Shown piece by piece: positions 50,200 through 63,697 of a DNA stretch of 64,000 nt. Source of the DNA: Mesotaenium endlicherianum (Eukaryota); contig WELA01002374.1 in assembly GCA_009602735.1 (NCBI GenBank), forward strand, positions 47,763 to 111,762. The letters run 5' to 3'. Position numbers and translations under genes: made by a program. The notes below the pieces were generated by a model. That model ran no database searches and was not told the DNA's origin. It worked only from the letters and a program-made list of their open reading frames with translations. Within the stretch, counting starts at the first letter, position 1; every line of letters starts with the position of its first letter.

Positions 50200-52226
50200 A
50201 TGGAGGTGGAAGCTCTGCAGGCAGAGCTGCTGGAGGCTCTCAACGAAGGGATCTCGATGCACGCCAGTAAGGTGCAGGCAAATGGTCAGTCTCAAAGTCA
50301 GGAGCATCAGCAGCAGCAGCAGTACTTTCAGCAGCAGCAGCAGCAGCAGCTTCAGCTGCAACCGCAGACATGCCTCCAGCCTTTTTGTCAAGAGGTATGG
50401 TTATTCGTTTCAGTAACTATCGTCTGAAAGCTGAAACTGACTCGCTGCAGGTGGTAGGAGGAAAACTCGCTATTCGTCCATAGCAGGACATGTCATGATC
50501 CAGAACTTGAATATCTGCAAAGTTCACCAACACCTTCAAGTATGATTCTTAAACTGTCGAGGCATGTGGGCGCTTCTTCTTCAACCGCTAGACCTTTTCC
50601 TTTCCACAGATGGAGCACCTTTGGACATCAAAAGCTATCTGTGGCCATACAGATAGTAGCGACGTGATAAATCTATTCAGACGTATATCACTCACTCGTT
50701 GCAGTCTCAAGGATAAAAGCAATATTCTTACTATTCAGTTGATATCTCACGTCGGGGTACTGGATGTCAAGGTTAGAGCATGGAAGGGTTGAGTGGGAGA
50801 GGGTGGGGTCTTGATGACAGACATACACGAGCACGAGAAATGCACAGGGAAACCTTGAATTCAAACCTGTAAAACAGAAGAAGTCTCCCAGAAGGGCCAA
50901 CTCTTGACACATTTATTGCACATGGTTGTGAAGCTTGTTTGGCTGTATTCCTGCACAGGAAGGGAGGGAAGCTCTGCTCGGGAAGGAAAGGGGCAGGGGC
51001 GAATTTGTGTTGTCCTCGATTTACCTGTAGGATGTAGACGATCTAAACTGGAGCCTTGATGGAGAATGTGCAACAGCCTGGCTCATGACGGGGGGTGGGG
51101 AGTGGGGAGTCATTTTTGAGTGTGAGGGGACATGCTCCAGCTGCTAGGGTTGCTGTCTGTGTTTCCCCCTATGGCTTTGTTTGGTCTCTTATACGGGAAA
51201 GTCTCCCCTGGGCAAACCTTCTTTATCCTCCTCCTCTCGCACCTCTTACTTCCCCCTCTTACCGGCCCCTTCACCTTCCCTTCTGCCCTCCATTCGCCTG
51301 ACGTGTCTATGTGTCAGTTCAGACGTGCATGTGCGCTGTACTCCCCTCTCAGCACCCCTCGTGCTGACAGGTGACGGAGAGGCTTGAATGTACTCTGACT
51401 TACAGCTGGCACTACGACTGTACTGCTGTGGCGCAGCCAGCTGGCGGAAGCACTCGATGAGCCTGCCCTCATGTAGCTCTGGGATGATTCCCAGCAGTCT
51501 TTTAGCCCCTCTGTCCTCATGCTTTCCTCCCCAAGTGTCTGTGACGCTGCCAGTTGTCAATTTGCCAGTATCGACTTGCGCAGCTGCCAGCTGGCAGGCA
51601 GGCAGCCTGTGGTTCCCAAATTTGCTGCTCTCCTCTACCCGGCTACCTGATCAGATCTGTTGGGGCAAGGGGTGGGCTGACGTGTCACATCAGTGTTAGG
51701 GTGTGTGCCGTTTGTGCGACCATTCCGTGTAGCGTAGCTCTGGGGGCCGATGGCAAGGCCGGCCAAAGCACAGTCTCTGAGACACAGACAACAGAGCAGA
51801 CCAAAGCAGATGCATTTCCCCAAGACAAGGGCGCAACCGAAGGGTGTATTATCTTCGGGACAGGGTCGAAGTTTCAGGAGGTGGGGTTCTCCAAAATGCA
51901 GACGGGGTCTGATCTGGCGTGCGCTCTCGTTCTCTGCGTGTGTGCGTGGGGTTGTGCGGCCCGGCCCCGCCTCTGCTACAGCTGGCGGCGAGGCTGGAGA
52001 GGAGCAACACTGTGCGGCGGGAGCTGAAGTTGGCGCTGCGGGCGATGCAAAAGAAGGCAGCGGGCGATGAGGTGGCGCTCGCCTCGACGAGCGTGCTCCG
52101 CGAAGGCATGCCCCCCCCCTCCCTCTCCCTCTCTCTCTTTACCCTCCACCCTCTGTCCCTCTTGTGCTCGACCCGCTGGTGGTCGGCTTGTGGAAGACAT
52201 GCTTTCTCTCTCTCTCTCTCTCTCCC

Positions 52227-52284
<58 letters not shown>

Positions 52285-55200
52285 GTGTTCTCAGTTGATT
52301 GTAGTGCTCCCTGAAAGTGAGTGGAAACACTGCGAGATTGGGTTGTGCGCGCGTCGTGCCTGCGTGGAGAGTAATCAGCGAGGCCGTGCTTTTTTCACAA
52401 CTTAGGACTGTAGCGCTTGTCCTTGCTGCCATCGCCAATCCCTGTTTCCTCTTGTCGCCCGTCAAAGTACGGCGCTTCACAGCGTCGCTTTGTCACTTCA
52501 AATTGTGCTGGCCTAAGCACTCATACTATCAGAGAACGCGGCTCTATGTGAAATGAGGATTGGTTTTTGTGTTTCTTATGTGTGCACGCATTTTTGCGGT
52601 CAATTGCGCCTCATGCAGCCCACATGCGCGAGATGGAGCGTGCAGCTGCCCTGGAAAAGCGGGCAGCTCAGCTGCAGGAGCAGCTTCTGGCGGAAACGCG
52701 GAAAAGGGAGGGCGCCCAGGCTGCCCGGAACCTTCTGGTAGCTGAGCTGGCGAAGAATAAGGACCGTTCTGAGGGCCTGCAGGGACAGGTGTCAGCCGTC
52801 GACATGCGCGCACAGCAGGACCGCCGGGAGCTGGCGCGCTTGCGGGCAGAGGTAAAAGCTTGTGTGGTTCGTTTGGCGTGGTTTTATCTCCCTGCTGTGG
52901 TTCATCAGGTCTGAATACTTTGTCAAGGTGTCTCTCCTTTCAAAAATGTGTATTGCTGTCGGTGGCATTGACTGTGTGCTTCTGCCATGTGACAGGCTAT
53001 GAGCTCGCATACAAAGCTGACGGCTGCAACCAAAGCCGTGGGGACCGCCTGTTCAGTTCTGCGCTCCTTCGAGACATTTCTGGCGGCTCAGGTAAGATGC
53101 CCTCTCATGCCCCCCCCCCTCCTGCCCCCAGCAGAAACCTCACTCTCCAGTTTCCACCAAGACCCCCTCCCAGAAGAGCCACTCCCCGTGCAAACCCACC
53201 NNNNNNNNNNNNNNNNNNNNNNNNNNNNNNNNNNNNNNNNNNNNNNNNNNNNNNNNNNNNNNNNNNNNNNNNNNNNNNNNNNNNNNNNNNNNNNNNNNNN
53301 NNNNNNNNNNNNNNNNNNNNNNNNNNNNNNNNNNNNNNNNNNNNNNNNNNNNNNNNNNNNNNNNNNNNNNNNNNNNNNNNNNNNNNNNNNNNNNNNNNNN
53401 NNNNNNNNNNNNNNNNNNNNNNNNNNNNNNNNNNNNNNNNNNNNNNNNNNNNNNNNNNNNNNNNNNNNNNNNNNNNNNNNNNNNNNNNNNNNNNNNNNNN
53501 NNNNNNNNNNNNNNNNNNNNNNNNNNNNNNNNNNNNNNNNNNNNNNNNNNNNNNNNNNNNNNNNNNNNNNNNNNNNNNNNNNNNNNNNNNNNNNNNNNNN
53601 NNNNNNNNNNNNNNNNNNNNNNNNNNNNNNNNNNNNNNNNNNNNNNNNNNNNNNNNNNNNNNCCCCCCCCTTTTCCAAGAGTGGATTGATCCAGCCGCCC
53701 AGTACCGGGAATCTGGATATGATGCTTGGCAGATATGGCACCACGCCGCCTGCTGGAGCCGCCTTGACTGGCAATGACTAGACTGATGGACGGCGGTCCG
53801 CCAGGTGTCAAGCCCTGGTTGGACGGGTCCCCTTGCAGCCTGGCGCGTGCTATGCCACCACTCCTCTTTCGCTATGGTAGGGCCTGGTTGGTATAATCTC
53901 GCGCGATGATGCCCACACGTTTCCCTTGGGCTGGTCTTAGTTCTTCTCTAGAGTTGGAGCCAGCTGCCCTTTGGAGCGCGAGCTGTCCTCCAGATGTCGT
54001 GCATGCGTAGACAGCCCCTCGTGCGATAAAGGAGACATGCCGGCGTGCTCTTGTTACAGCCCCTCGCGTATGCTCGTGCGCACCGTCGCAGCAGAGAAAC
54101 GCGTGCGCGCTAGAAGCAGTAGTCGCTTTCTTTCGTCGTGTGGAAGGTCTCGGTGCGACACCTGGCAGAGCAGACCCAAAACGAGCAAGCAGATACCCTT
54201 TGTTCTCAGTTGCCACCTGTCCATCGTGTCCCCTGCGGGCCCGGGAACAAAGCTCGCTCATCGTGGCATGCATGCTAGTTTGTACTTAGAGAGAAGCTTG
54301 CCCTTCTTGCAGGTAGAGTGTTTTCAGGGCTGCTATGTTGCACGAGTGGGGAAGCCCTGCTGCAGTCATTCTGCAGCCGCCTCCCTCGTGGGGGAGCATC
54401 TGCAGGGCCATGACTCCCAGGTTGCGTTTTGCAACGGAAAAGAACGGCAACGTAGAGGATATATTGCGTCTCGTTGTTGTGGTTATTGCCGTTGTGCTGT
54501 TGCTGAAGTTCACTTTCTCGTCTGGGATGTTGCGTTTTCTTCGTCTGGGCTCGATTTCATACGCTCGATGACTAATGGCGGGCTCTGACTTGGTGCAAAT
54601 GCACATGCGCATGCGCACATGTCTGTCTCTTTGTCCACTGGGGTGCTTGGGTGCTCGTTCTGCGACCTATCACCACCTGGCGCCACCTGGGGCCGGCTTC
54701 TTCCTTCAACTCGACTACTGGAGCAACAGCAAGGTGGCAGCAAGGAAGGACGACCTGGGGCGCCTGGAGAGTGCCACCTGGCAACGGACGGCAAGCCTAC
54801 TACCCCCGAGCTGCTTGATCGTTCAACTCCAACACCTGGCAGAGCCAGCAGCCATCCAGATCGAGATCACGCATCAGAGTCGCTGCGGGGTGTCGAGGCG
54901 TCACCATCTGGCATCAGCATGAGCAGCGAGTCGGATAAGCTGCTTGCTGCTGTCGCAGACCTCCACGCGCTGACAGCTGGCGTCAGAGAGAGGCTGACAC
55001 CGTCGTTGCTTACACCTCAGGGAGAGACGGGGGACGTTGAGTGCGCCAGGTGTTGCTCCAGCAAGGCAACAGGTGACACCAGCCCAGCGAGGCCGGGTGG
55101 TGCTGAAACTTCTCACGAGAGGTGTTCTGCTGACAAGGCTGTCGTGTACTGTGACGCTGGTCGATCACCACCTGCACTAAAACCCACCCTAGAACCTACC

Positions 55201-58200
55201 TCAGGGGAGACTGGCCCAGAAGTTTCCGAAACACTGCCACCAAGTAAGTCCTCTGTCAATCGCGAAGAGAAAGGCCAGGCGCTCTGTCTGACTGTCGATT
55301 CGTCGAATGGAGCCCACTGTAAGGTTCCCCACAGGGCTGCCGCCAGGCTGCCACCTCGCACGCCTGTCAGGCTGGAGAAAGATGCCGCCGCCCCGCAGCT
55401 GACAGCTGGCGGGCCGGTAAGCAAGCTGGGCGACAGACCGGCGATCGAGGTCAGGGAAGAGGCACAAGTGGCCGGGCGGGCTGGCGCTGGTCCCGGTTCC
55501 AATCCCAGGGATGCTGATGTCAGCAGCGGGCCGGTTGCTGATGTCACTGGCGGCAGCGCTAGCGGTGGACCTGCCGCTCAGGAGGATGATTTTGACGATA
55601 TGGTGCAGTTTCTGGAGTCAGGCCGTCTTTATGACGAGGACGAGGACAACGATAATGGTGACAGGTTGAAAGAAGAGTCAGTCAAGGAGTTGCTTGATGT
55701 CGCGGCAGCCGCAAAGGACGCGTCGCCAGGTGGCAGTCTGGCAGAGGACGGCAGTGGACAACCTGATTGTGCGGCTGGCTTAGGCTGCCCAGCTGGCGTT
55801 GCCAGTAAGGCCATGAAAATTAACAAAAAGGAGGTCAAGGGCAAGCCAGAGGCCCGGTCAGCGCTGAGCTGTCGGGGTTCCGACAAGGGCGAGCTGGCGG
55901 CTGCTGGAAGCAAGCGGGCAAGGGAGATGGTCTCGGTGTCGAGCGGGGTAACGGGAGTGATGGCTGCAGAGGAAGAAACTGCAATCTTGAAAAAGGCCAA
56001 GGTAGTAGTACCAGGGGACTGCCTCGTGTCAGCACCAGAGCGGAGGGCTAGTGATGCTGAGCTCATGGACCGGCCGGCAAGCAATGGCCCTGCGAAAGTG
56101 AAGGGTGAAACTTGTGAGAGAAGAGAGGAGGGTGAGGGTGGGGCAGGGCTCAAAGCTGGCATTTCAAGCAATGTTGGGGTGGAGGTGGAGGGGCAAGGCC
56201 GGGACAGAGAGGTGGATGTAAGAGGCGCGTGCAGGCGCCAGGTGTCAGCCAGGGGCCGAGCCAAGTCGGCAGGCGAGGAGGGCAATCCCAGAGGGGGAGG
56301 GGCTTCCCTGCAGGGGGCCAGAGGCAGGGGTCGGGGAGTGAGAGGAGAGGGAAGAGGGGGGGAAAAGCCCAGGGGGGGCGGGGGAGCGAGAGGAGGAGGC
56401 AGAGGGGGAGGCAGAGGCAGAGGCAGAGGCAGAGGGAGGGGGAGAGGGAGAGGGGACACTGGAGAATGGGGAGAGGAGGATGCTGATGCCGAAGCTACCA
56501 CTGGTTGGAATGTGAGGGGCAGAGGGGGAGCTAATGGGGGAGGAGCTGGGAAGAGGGGTGTTGGGAGGGAGGCAACGCAGGTTGAGTGGATTGACTCCGG
56601 AGCAGAGGAGGATGTGGGAGCAGCGGCGGTAGCAGAAGAGAGAATGTTAGCAGGGGCAACAGCAGGAGCAGCAGCTGCAGCCGCAGAAGAAGAGGTGGCA
56701 GCAGCAGGCCCGCCACCACCAGCAGCAGGAGCAGTAGGAGCAGCAGCTGCAGAGGCTGGAGCAGCGGAGGAATGGGAGTGGCAGAAGTGCGAGGCGAGGG
56801 CTGAAGGTGGCCGGGAAACTCTACTAACTGTGAAGGGGAAGCGGGAAGGGGAGGGCAACAGGCTGGAGGATGAGGATGGGGATGGGAGTGAGAGTGACAG
56901 CGATGGCAGCAGCAGTGGCGGGGAGGAGGAGGGGGTGGAGGAAGGGGAGGGGAAGGGCGGGGATGGTTCGGCAAGCGAGAGCAGCGCAAGCGGGGAGAGC
57001 GAGGCGGGCGGCAGTGGCAGCGACAGCGACGATGAGGGGTCTAGCGCGAGTGGAAGCAGTGGGGAGGAGGAGCAGGAGCAGGAGCTGGAGGTGGAGATTG
57101 ACGATGCCTGCGACGATGCTGCCATGTGCAAGCCTGATGATTGCCTGGAAAAGGGAATGCAGGAAGGGGAGAGGGCAGGAGGGGTGGGGGGAGGAGTGGG
57201 GGGAGAGGTAGGGAGCGGGGCAGATGGAGGGGTGAAGGGAGGAGGTGCAGGGGGCGGAGCAGGAGGGGAGCAAGAAGGGGGAGCGGAAGCGGCGGGGAAG
57301 CTGCAAAGTGGCGACAAGGGCCAGTGCCAGCAGGGAATGGAGGAGGTGGCAGGTGGCGCTAGCACGGGACGAGGGGTCAAGGAAGAAGGGGCAGTGGCTG
57401 AGGGGGTGGGCCAGCTCTTGCCAGGTGTCATGGAGGTGCTCATCAGAGGCCCCTCTCATGTCATTAAGCTGGAGGCGGGTGCTGCTGGAACGAGTGGGCT
57501 TCTGCCAGGTGGCGGGCAGGAAGGGCTGTCGAGGGCTGGGCTTGTTGAAGGTGCCGAGGGAAGTGGGGGAGCGGAGATTGAGAAAAATGGAGGCGGCAAA
57601 CAAGGGGTGAAGGGAGGGGGAGGAGGAGTAGGAGGAATTTCTGGACAAAAGAGAGAACGAGCAGACGAGGGGAGCCCGCTGAGCAGCAGCAGGGCTGGTG
57701 GCAATGTCAGCTGGGAGAGCCTAGGTAGGACTGGGGTAAAAACTGTGGCAGTGGAAAGGTGGGGGAGGGACAGCACAGCAGTAGAAGGAGCAGTAGCAGT
57801 AGCAGTAGCAGAAGCAGTAGAGGGACAAGGAGGAGGAGGAGGAGGAGGAGGAGCGGGAGGAAGGCAAGGAGAGGCACGTAACGGCGAAGCAGGGGTGGGG
57901 AGGGAGGGAGAAGCTGGAGGGGGATGGGGAGGGGAAGGGGGAGGGGGAGGGGGAATGAGGGGGAGTGGGGAGGGGAGGCAGAGTGTGAGGTGTAGGCCTG
58001 AGATTTACGAGGAGATATTTGGCGATGACGACGACGAGGAGGAGGAGGAGGATAAGAAGGGTTGGGGTGATGGCAATGGCAATATTGGGCTGATGGAAGG
58101 AGGGAGAGCTGGCAAGAGCCGGCAGGAGGGCAGGGCGGAGGACAGGTGTCAGCAACCGGCCGCCGCCTGCTTGCCAGACTTGCCACCTGGCACTCCGCAG

Positions 58201-61200
58201 GCGGCGGGTGTGACGAGAAAGAGAGAGGCAGCCATGGGCCCGGGGGCTGAACGGGGGAGAAACCCCGTGGCTGCTGCTGACGCGGCAGGCGCGACTGCTC
58301 ATGTGGCACCTGCAGCTAAGAGGGCGAGGGTGGGGCCCGCCGGCATGGCGGCTGAGACACCGACAACTGTCCGTCAGCCTGCGGGTGGCTCGTTGCGCTT
58401 AGTGACAGAAGCAAGCCCTCCAGATGCTGGTGTGACGCCGAACGGTCGCACCCGTGCTGCCACGGCTGCGGGGGCTGGCGCTGCTGGAGGTGCGGGAAGG
58501 GCCGCAAGTGCTGCGGCAGTTGCAGTAGAGACGACCCTGGAGAATAAAAATCTTTCAATAAGGCCTTTGACGGGGAGGCGGGGCAGTGGCAGTGGCGGTG
58601 GCTGTGGCAGTGGGAGAGGTGGGCGAGGTGGTGCCAGCTCATTTGGGGCGCATAAGTCAGCAGGTGGTGGTGCTGGAGGAGCAGGCAGGGCAGGGGTGGG
58701 GTTTGTCAGTCCCAGAGGGGGAGATGAAACGAGGGGCGGCCATCTTGCGAGGCTGTCATCGAGGTCCAGGTCGTCGATTGTGGTACCCCCTGGTGCCTGT
58801 GGGAGCGGGGACAGGTTGCCAGGTGGCACCCCCAGGGAGCTTGTGAAACTGGGGAGGAAGAAGGGGGTGGCGGTGGGGAGCCGCGGGATTGGTCGGGGGA
58901 GGGAAGATTCTGGGAGGGGTAGGCACTCAAGCCACTCACAGCTGGCGGCAGGACAGCTGGCAGGAAGAGGACAACTGGCGGCTGAACATGGGGCAAAGAC
59001 GAGCCAGCTAGCAACGGGAGGACGGACGGGGGGGTCCCGGGCCAGTGGGACGGGGTCTCTGCAGGCGCCTGGTGCCCTGTGCCGTGCGAACGGGAAGATG
59101 GCGCTGCTGGTACCGCTGCATGACGCTGCCGCAGATGCCGGGCTTGCCCCACCTCGGGTTGGGGACACCTGTCATGTTGCCGACAGTGCGGGCTCTCTGT
59201 TGCCTGGTACACAGAAGCCTGCGGTCCGCCCGCAAGCGAGGCCTGTGCTAAAGCCCAAGTACTCCTACATGGATTTTGGAAGCGGTGAGAAATCCGCCCC
59301 TGGCACCCGAAGGGAACCGGCAGCCAGCTTCCTCAGGGGGAAGCAGCAGGGGCGCCAGGTGGCGGAGCCAGCGGCCGGCGCCGCCCCCGCCATCGCGTGT
59401 CAAATCATTCCCACCCTCCCTCCCGGCCCCTCTGCCCACCTGGCTGCCTCTGGTGCGAGTCAGTCCATCTCTGGGCCGCCCCAGCCCTACCCCGCTGAAT
59501 CTGCTCCGTCGATGGCTGAGATCGACGATGGAGATGCAGCAGACGCAGCAGCCGGCAGCGAAAGCAGAAGCCCCAAAGCGGCAACAGGGGAAGGGGCGTT
59601 TTCACACTCGCAGCCGCAGCCGCATCCTCAGCCGCAATTGCATCCGCAGTCCCAATCAGGTCTAGGGTCGCGTTCGCATTCAGGTTTGAGCTTGCATGCT
59701 TCGTTGCCTCTCCCTATTAGCAAGGACGCTGGCGGCTCCGTGCCTGCTGCGCCCCCTCAGGCTCAGGAGACGGGGAGTATGCCAGGTGTTAACGGACATT
59801 CCGCCTGTCGGGTGGACCTGGGTGGAGGCCAGACGGGCATTAGCCCAAAAGTTGCCAGCCCGATAGGTGGCAGCCTCATTGGGGTGGTGGCGAGGGCAAG
59901 TGTGCGTCAGGAAGACGTGGGAGGGTGTTGTGCACGAGTCCGCTGTCAGGATCGTGGGACAAGCAGAGAGCCAGGGTTCAAGAGAGAGGCGGGGTTTATG
60001 GAAGAAGGGGCTGCCGGGGGGGGCCACAGTATGAAGCTTGCGGAAGGGGAGCGCATGCCGCCTGCTGGTTGCGATCTGGGGATTGTGCCACCTGGCAAGC
60101 GCAGGTGCGACAAGCCGCCTGGGATTACACCCCATGCAGAGCAATCACGCTGGGAAAAGGACAGCAGCACGCAGCACTCGGAAGGTGACAGGTGGCGTGA
60201 GGGCGAGGCGCATGGGCTTGCAAGTGGTGGTGATGTCAGCCCTGATGTCGGGCCTGAAGGAGGAGTTGCTGCTGGAGAGGGAAGGCGGGCAGAGTTGGCG
60301 GGGCTTAGGGAACGCGAGGCGTCCGGCGGGGGCAGTGTGTCAGGGCAGAAGAACAGCAGTGGCAATGGTAGGGGGAGTGGGGGCGGCAAACGGATAGTCC
60401 CGGGTGTGCGGAAGGAGAGGCAGACCAGGGTGAGGGCCCAGCTGATCAAAAAACTCGCACTCAGGAGACCCCAGAAGCCCGCCTTGGTGCCAGGTGGCAG
60501 AGCTGCACCTGCGGCGCGTGGTGGGGCCCGGCCGCTGCCAGGTGTCCGCGCAACAGCGGCCACACGTGCAGGGGCCAAGGAGGCGCCGCCAAGTCGCGAG
60601 CCAGGAAGGCGGAAGGTCAGCAGAGCTGTTGCAAAGGCGCCCGCGGCTGCGGCTGCGCCAGCTGGGCCTGCTGCGCCCGTGATGGATGTGCGCGTGGAGG
60701 AGGTGCCAATGCAGGAGAGCATGCCATGTGTCTCGGCTATAGGCTGCACTCTTGGTGGCGGAGAAGTCAAGGAGGGTGTGTCTCACACTGTGCCAGCTGT
60801 CAGCACCCCGCAGGCCAGTGCCTTCCAAGGGCAGTCGCTTCCCAGCGGTGATGCTGCCACTTGTCAGCACAAGGGTGGTGTAGCGTGCATGGAGCAGTTG
60901 GGCACGAACCTTGCTGAGGCGCATGACGCAGCGCTCCCAGGTGTTGCTCAGGCAATGCCTGCTGCTGGGCAAGATCTTCCATGTGTCAGCCCGAGGCAGG
61001 CGCAGGCGCAGGCCCAGGCACACGCACAGGCGCAGAGAAACATGAGTGTGAAGGACCCCCCTACCTGGCTGGCCGAGACGCTGGCATCGTACGATTGGCT
61101 TGCCGCCTCAACGGGGGAGCCGGGCGGCAAGGGCGGCACGCTGTGGGCTGCAACGGTGCAGGTGCGTCGCGTCATATGCATGTGTGTGTGTGTGTGTGTG

Positions 61201-63697
61201 TGTGTTGCGCAGTCTCTCTGTGTAGTGTGTGTATGTGTGCGCGCTTGCCTTCTGTAGATTTGCAGCATGGGGTGTGAAGGTAGCATTTCACCTCGGTTTT
61301 GTCTTCCACCCAAATATAGTCAAAAGGACAATTTCCCGACCTGCAAATCATTGTCGCTTGTTTTTGCACTTTGATATGCGCAGCGCTCATCTTTACGACC
61401 GGCATGCGCAGAAGTTTCTATCCGATTTATTTGCCTGCCTGTTGTTGCCACGTCCCTTGTGAGCGCTTCCTCTCTCTCTCTCCCAACTATTTGGTTCTGA
61501 CCCCACCCAGTGGTTGCAATTGCGCCAGGTGTTGCTTCGGGAGGAGCTCGCACACGCCGGCGAAGCGGGCGCAAGTGCACTGCTGTCACTGGACTGCCAC
61601 CTGGCAAGTCTGCTCGCAGAGACAGACGAGCTGCTCCTGTGCGGCGCGCTCCTGCCGCCCGTCCCGCACATCATGCCCCCCGGACTGACAACAGGTGCCA
61701 CCATCGCAGGCGGCACGAAGACTGGTGGCGCAGTAGATGGCTCGGAGAGGACGGCATTGGCTGCTGGGGTAGCAGCAGCGCGTGCGACATCTTTGGAGAA
61801 GGAGCTGGAGGGCGGGGGAGAGAGTTTGCCTGCGGCGGCGGAGAGCGAGATAAGCGTGAGGTTTTGGAGGGTGGCTGCGTGCTGGGAGCTCGTTTCGCGC
61901 TTCCTGGTGAGTTGTGCGTGATGGAGAGAGAGGGAGAGTGGGAGAGAGGGTGGTGAAGGGAGAGGGCAACGTTGCTTGCTGAGACTGCTGGAGTGAGAGG
62001 CCCTTAGTCGGTTTTGTTGGGATTTTTACGTGCTTGGCTCGTCTCTCTTGGCTGTGGTGGCGGAAGCTTTTCTTGCTTGCCAACCACACTTGTGCATGGG
62101 TTTTGCGTCGTGCTGCGGTTGACTTGCCGTTTGTTAAAACTCAGGTGCGCTCTAGTTTTGACGGCTCTTCTTTGTCTTTGTCAATCTCTACAAGGCCTGC
62201 GGTTGCTTCGAGTCCACTTAGGTTCTGTTGCAGTCATACATTCTGTATTTCTCTCACTTTGACGCGAGGTAAGCACGTAAAGATGCCGTCACATTCATGT
62301 ATCTCTTACTCTCTCTCTCTCTCTGTATGTGTGTGTGTGTGTGTTTGCGTGCATGTGCTTTGCACAAGCGTAACAGGGCTACACATGTACAAAAAACGTA
62401 AACAGACGTTGTTTGCCTCTACTTGGTCTGTTGTTGTCTGTCTCGATAGCTAGTGTTCATATAAATCTCCGAATACTTTCCTCATAACACTTCTTCTTTA
62501 TGGGGGCCATCATGCATGCTGTTGCGGTTGAGGTGGCAATGCAGGGCTGGAAGTGGTGCTACAACGAGCTCATTGTGCGCCACCTGTGGGGGCGCCACCT
62601 GGCGGCCGGTTCCACCACCGCCAGCATGACAGCTGTGCTCCGCCTGCTTGCCGTCCTCAGCAGGTGCAGCCTCACTCTCGGCTCCTGAATCTTCCTTGTT
62701 GCCTAAGTGTAGACCCTGACTCCCCCCTATTGTTTCTTTTCTTTATTGCCATAACTAGCTAGAGTAACGCTTCTGCCTCCCTTGCGTCCTATTTCTGATC
62801 TGAAGTGGGTCATTGTCGCGCTCCCCATAAGAGCTGGACGTCAGAAGGAAGGGGATCTTCGGGGTTCAGGGGTTTGTCGGGGGGTGTCTGCTTCTGCTTC
62901 AGGGTTGTGCCTGGAACAAACAGGGAAGCGCATGGCGAATGTTAGAGGGAGAGAGAAGGCAGCTAGTGAAAGGCCAGAGAAGGCATGATCTGGCGGGAAG
63001 ATAGTCTCACGGTGTAAGCATAGGGATAGGGGGGGGGGGGGGGGGGGAAAGTNAGAGAGACGGAGAGCGGGCGGACGCGTTATTTTGTCATGAGGCAAGG
63101 CTGCTCTTCCTGCGTTGCGTGGGGAGGCTCTCTGGCCACTGATGTCCATATCGGAGGGTGGGGAGGCGCTCCGGTCACTCTGATCTCCCGGGTTCCTTAC
63201 CTCTGCAGTGGTCCTTGAGCTGCCTCGTGCCTGCAAGCGCTTGGGGCTGCCCCCTGCCCTACTGTTCTCTATTGTTTGGTGCCATTGCAGCACATGGTCT
63301 CTTCCTCCCTTCCTCCCTCCCTCCCTTTTTTCTCCCTCTCTCCCTCCCTCCCTTTTCTCTCCCTCCCTCCCTTCCTCTTTGGATTCCCCGGGAGCCTAAA
63401 CAAGTTATTAATATGCTCTACTCTTGCAGGCTGGGGTACACTGTTGAAGGGCAGAGGCTCCCAGGCGTGGCGGGCATTTGCGAGCGCCTTGAGGCTATGG
63501 CCACCGCAGATTCTAATATCCCTGAGCAAGACGTGCCCGACAGTACTGATGCTTGTGAGGACCGCCAGCTCGCCGCCATATCATCACCCTCACCCGTTTC
63601 CCCCGGCAGCTCCTGCCCACCATTCTCGCGAGCAGTGCGCAACGTTGCTCGTGAAGCAGCGGCCGCGTTGAGAAACAAGGCGAGGAAAAATTCGTGA
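50200..63697 (+). CDS. Very large spliced gene: N-terminal coiled coil, giant low-complexity central exon, conserved helical C-terminus resembling plant MEE22/EMB1611 and animal ICE1
   Basis: Phase-consistent exons: 50200-50394, 51982-52105 (GC donor), 52619-52851, 52996-53091, probably 54313-54420, ~54700-61161, 61511-61906, 62545-62663 and 63430-63697. The C-terminus reads WELVSRFL|GWKWCYNELIVRHLW...AVLRLLAVLSR|LGYTVEG. Structure between 53092 and ~54700 is uncertain (gap). Confidence 0.7.
52205..52281. repeat. (CT)n microsatellite in intron
   Basis: Directly visible. Confidence 0.95.
53201..53662. other. Assembly gap (N run)
   Basis: Run of n. Confidence 1.
54619..61161 (+). CDS. Giant central exon of gene 3 (Gly/Ala/Glu/Ser-rich, RG repeats, acidic tracts; probably disordered)
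   Basis: Open frame of more than 2100 codons ending at donor CAG|GTGCGT (61161); exact acceptor not determined. Confidence 0.75.

Noticed and set aside
51733..51880. Possible additional exon of gene 3
   Set aside because: Its acceptor phases do not fit the phase-0 end of exon 1, while direct splicing 50394 to 51982 gives a continuous coiled coil.
55629..61023. Long minus-strand Pro/Ser-rich ORFs (e.g. 604 aa)
   Set aside because: Antisense shadows of the GC-rich giant exon of gene 3.
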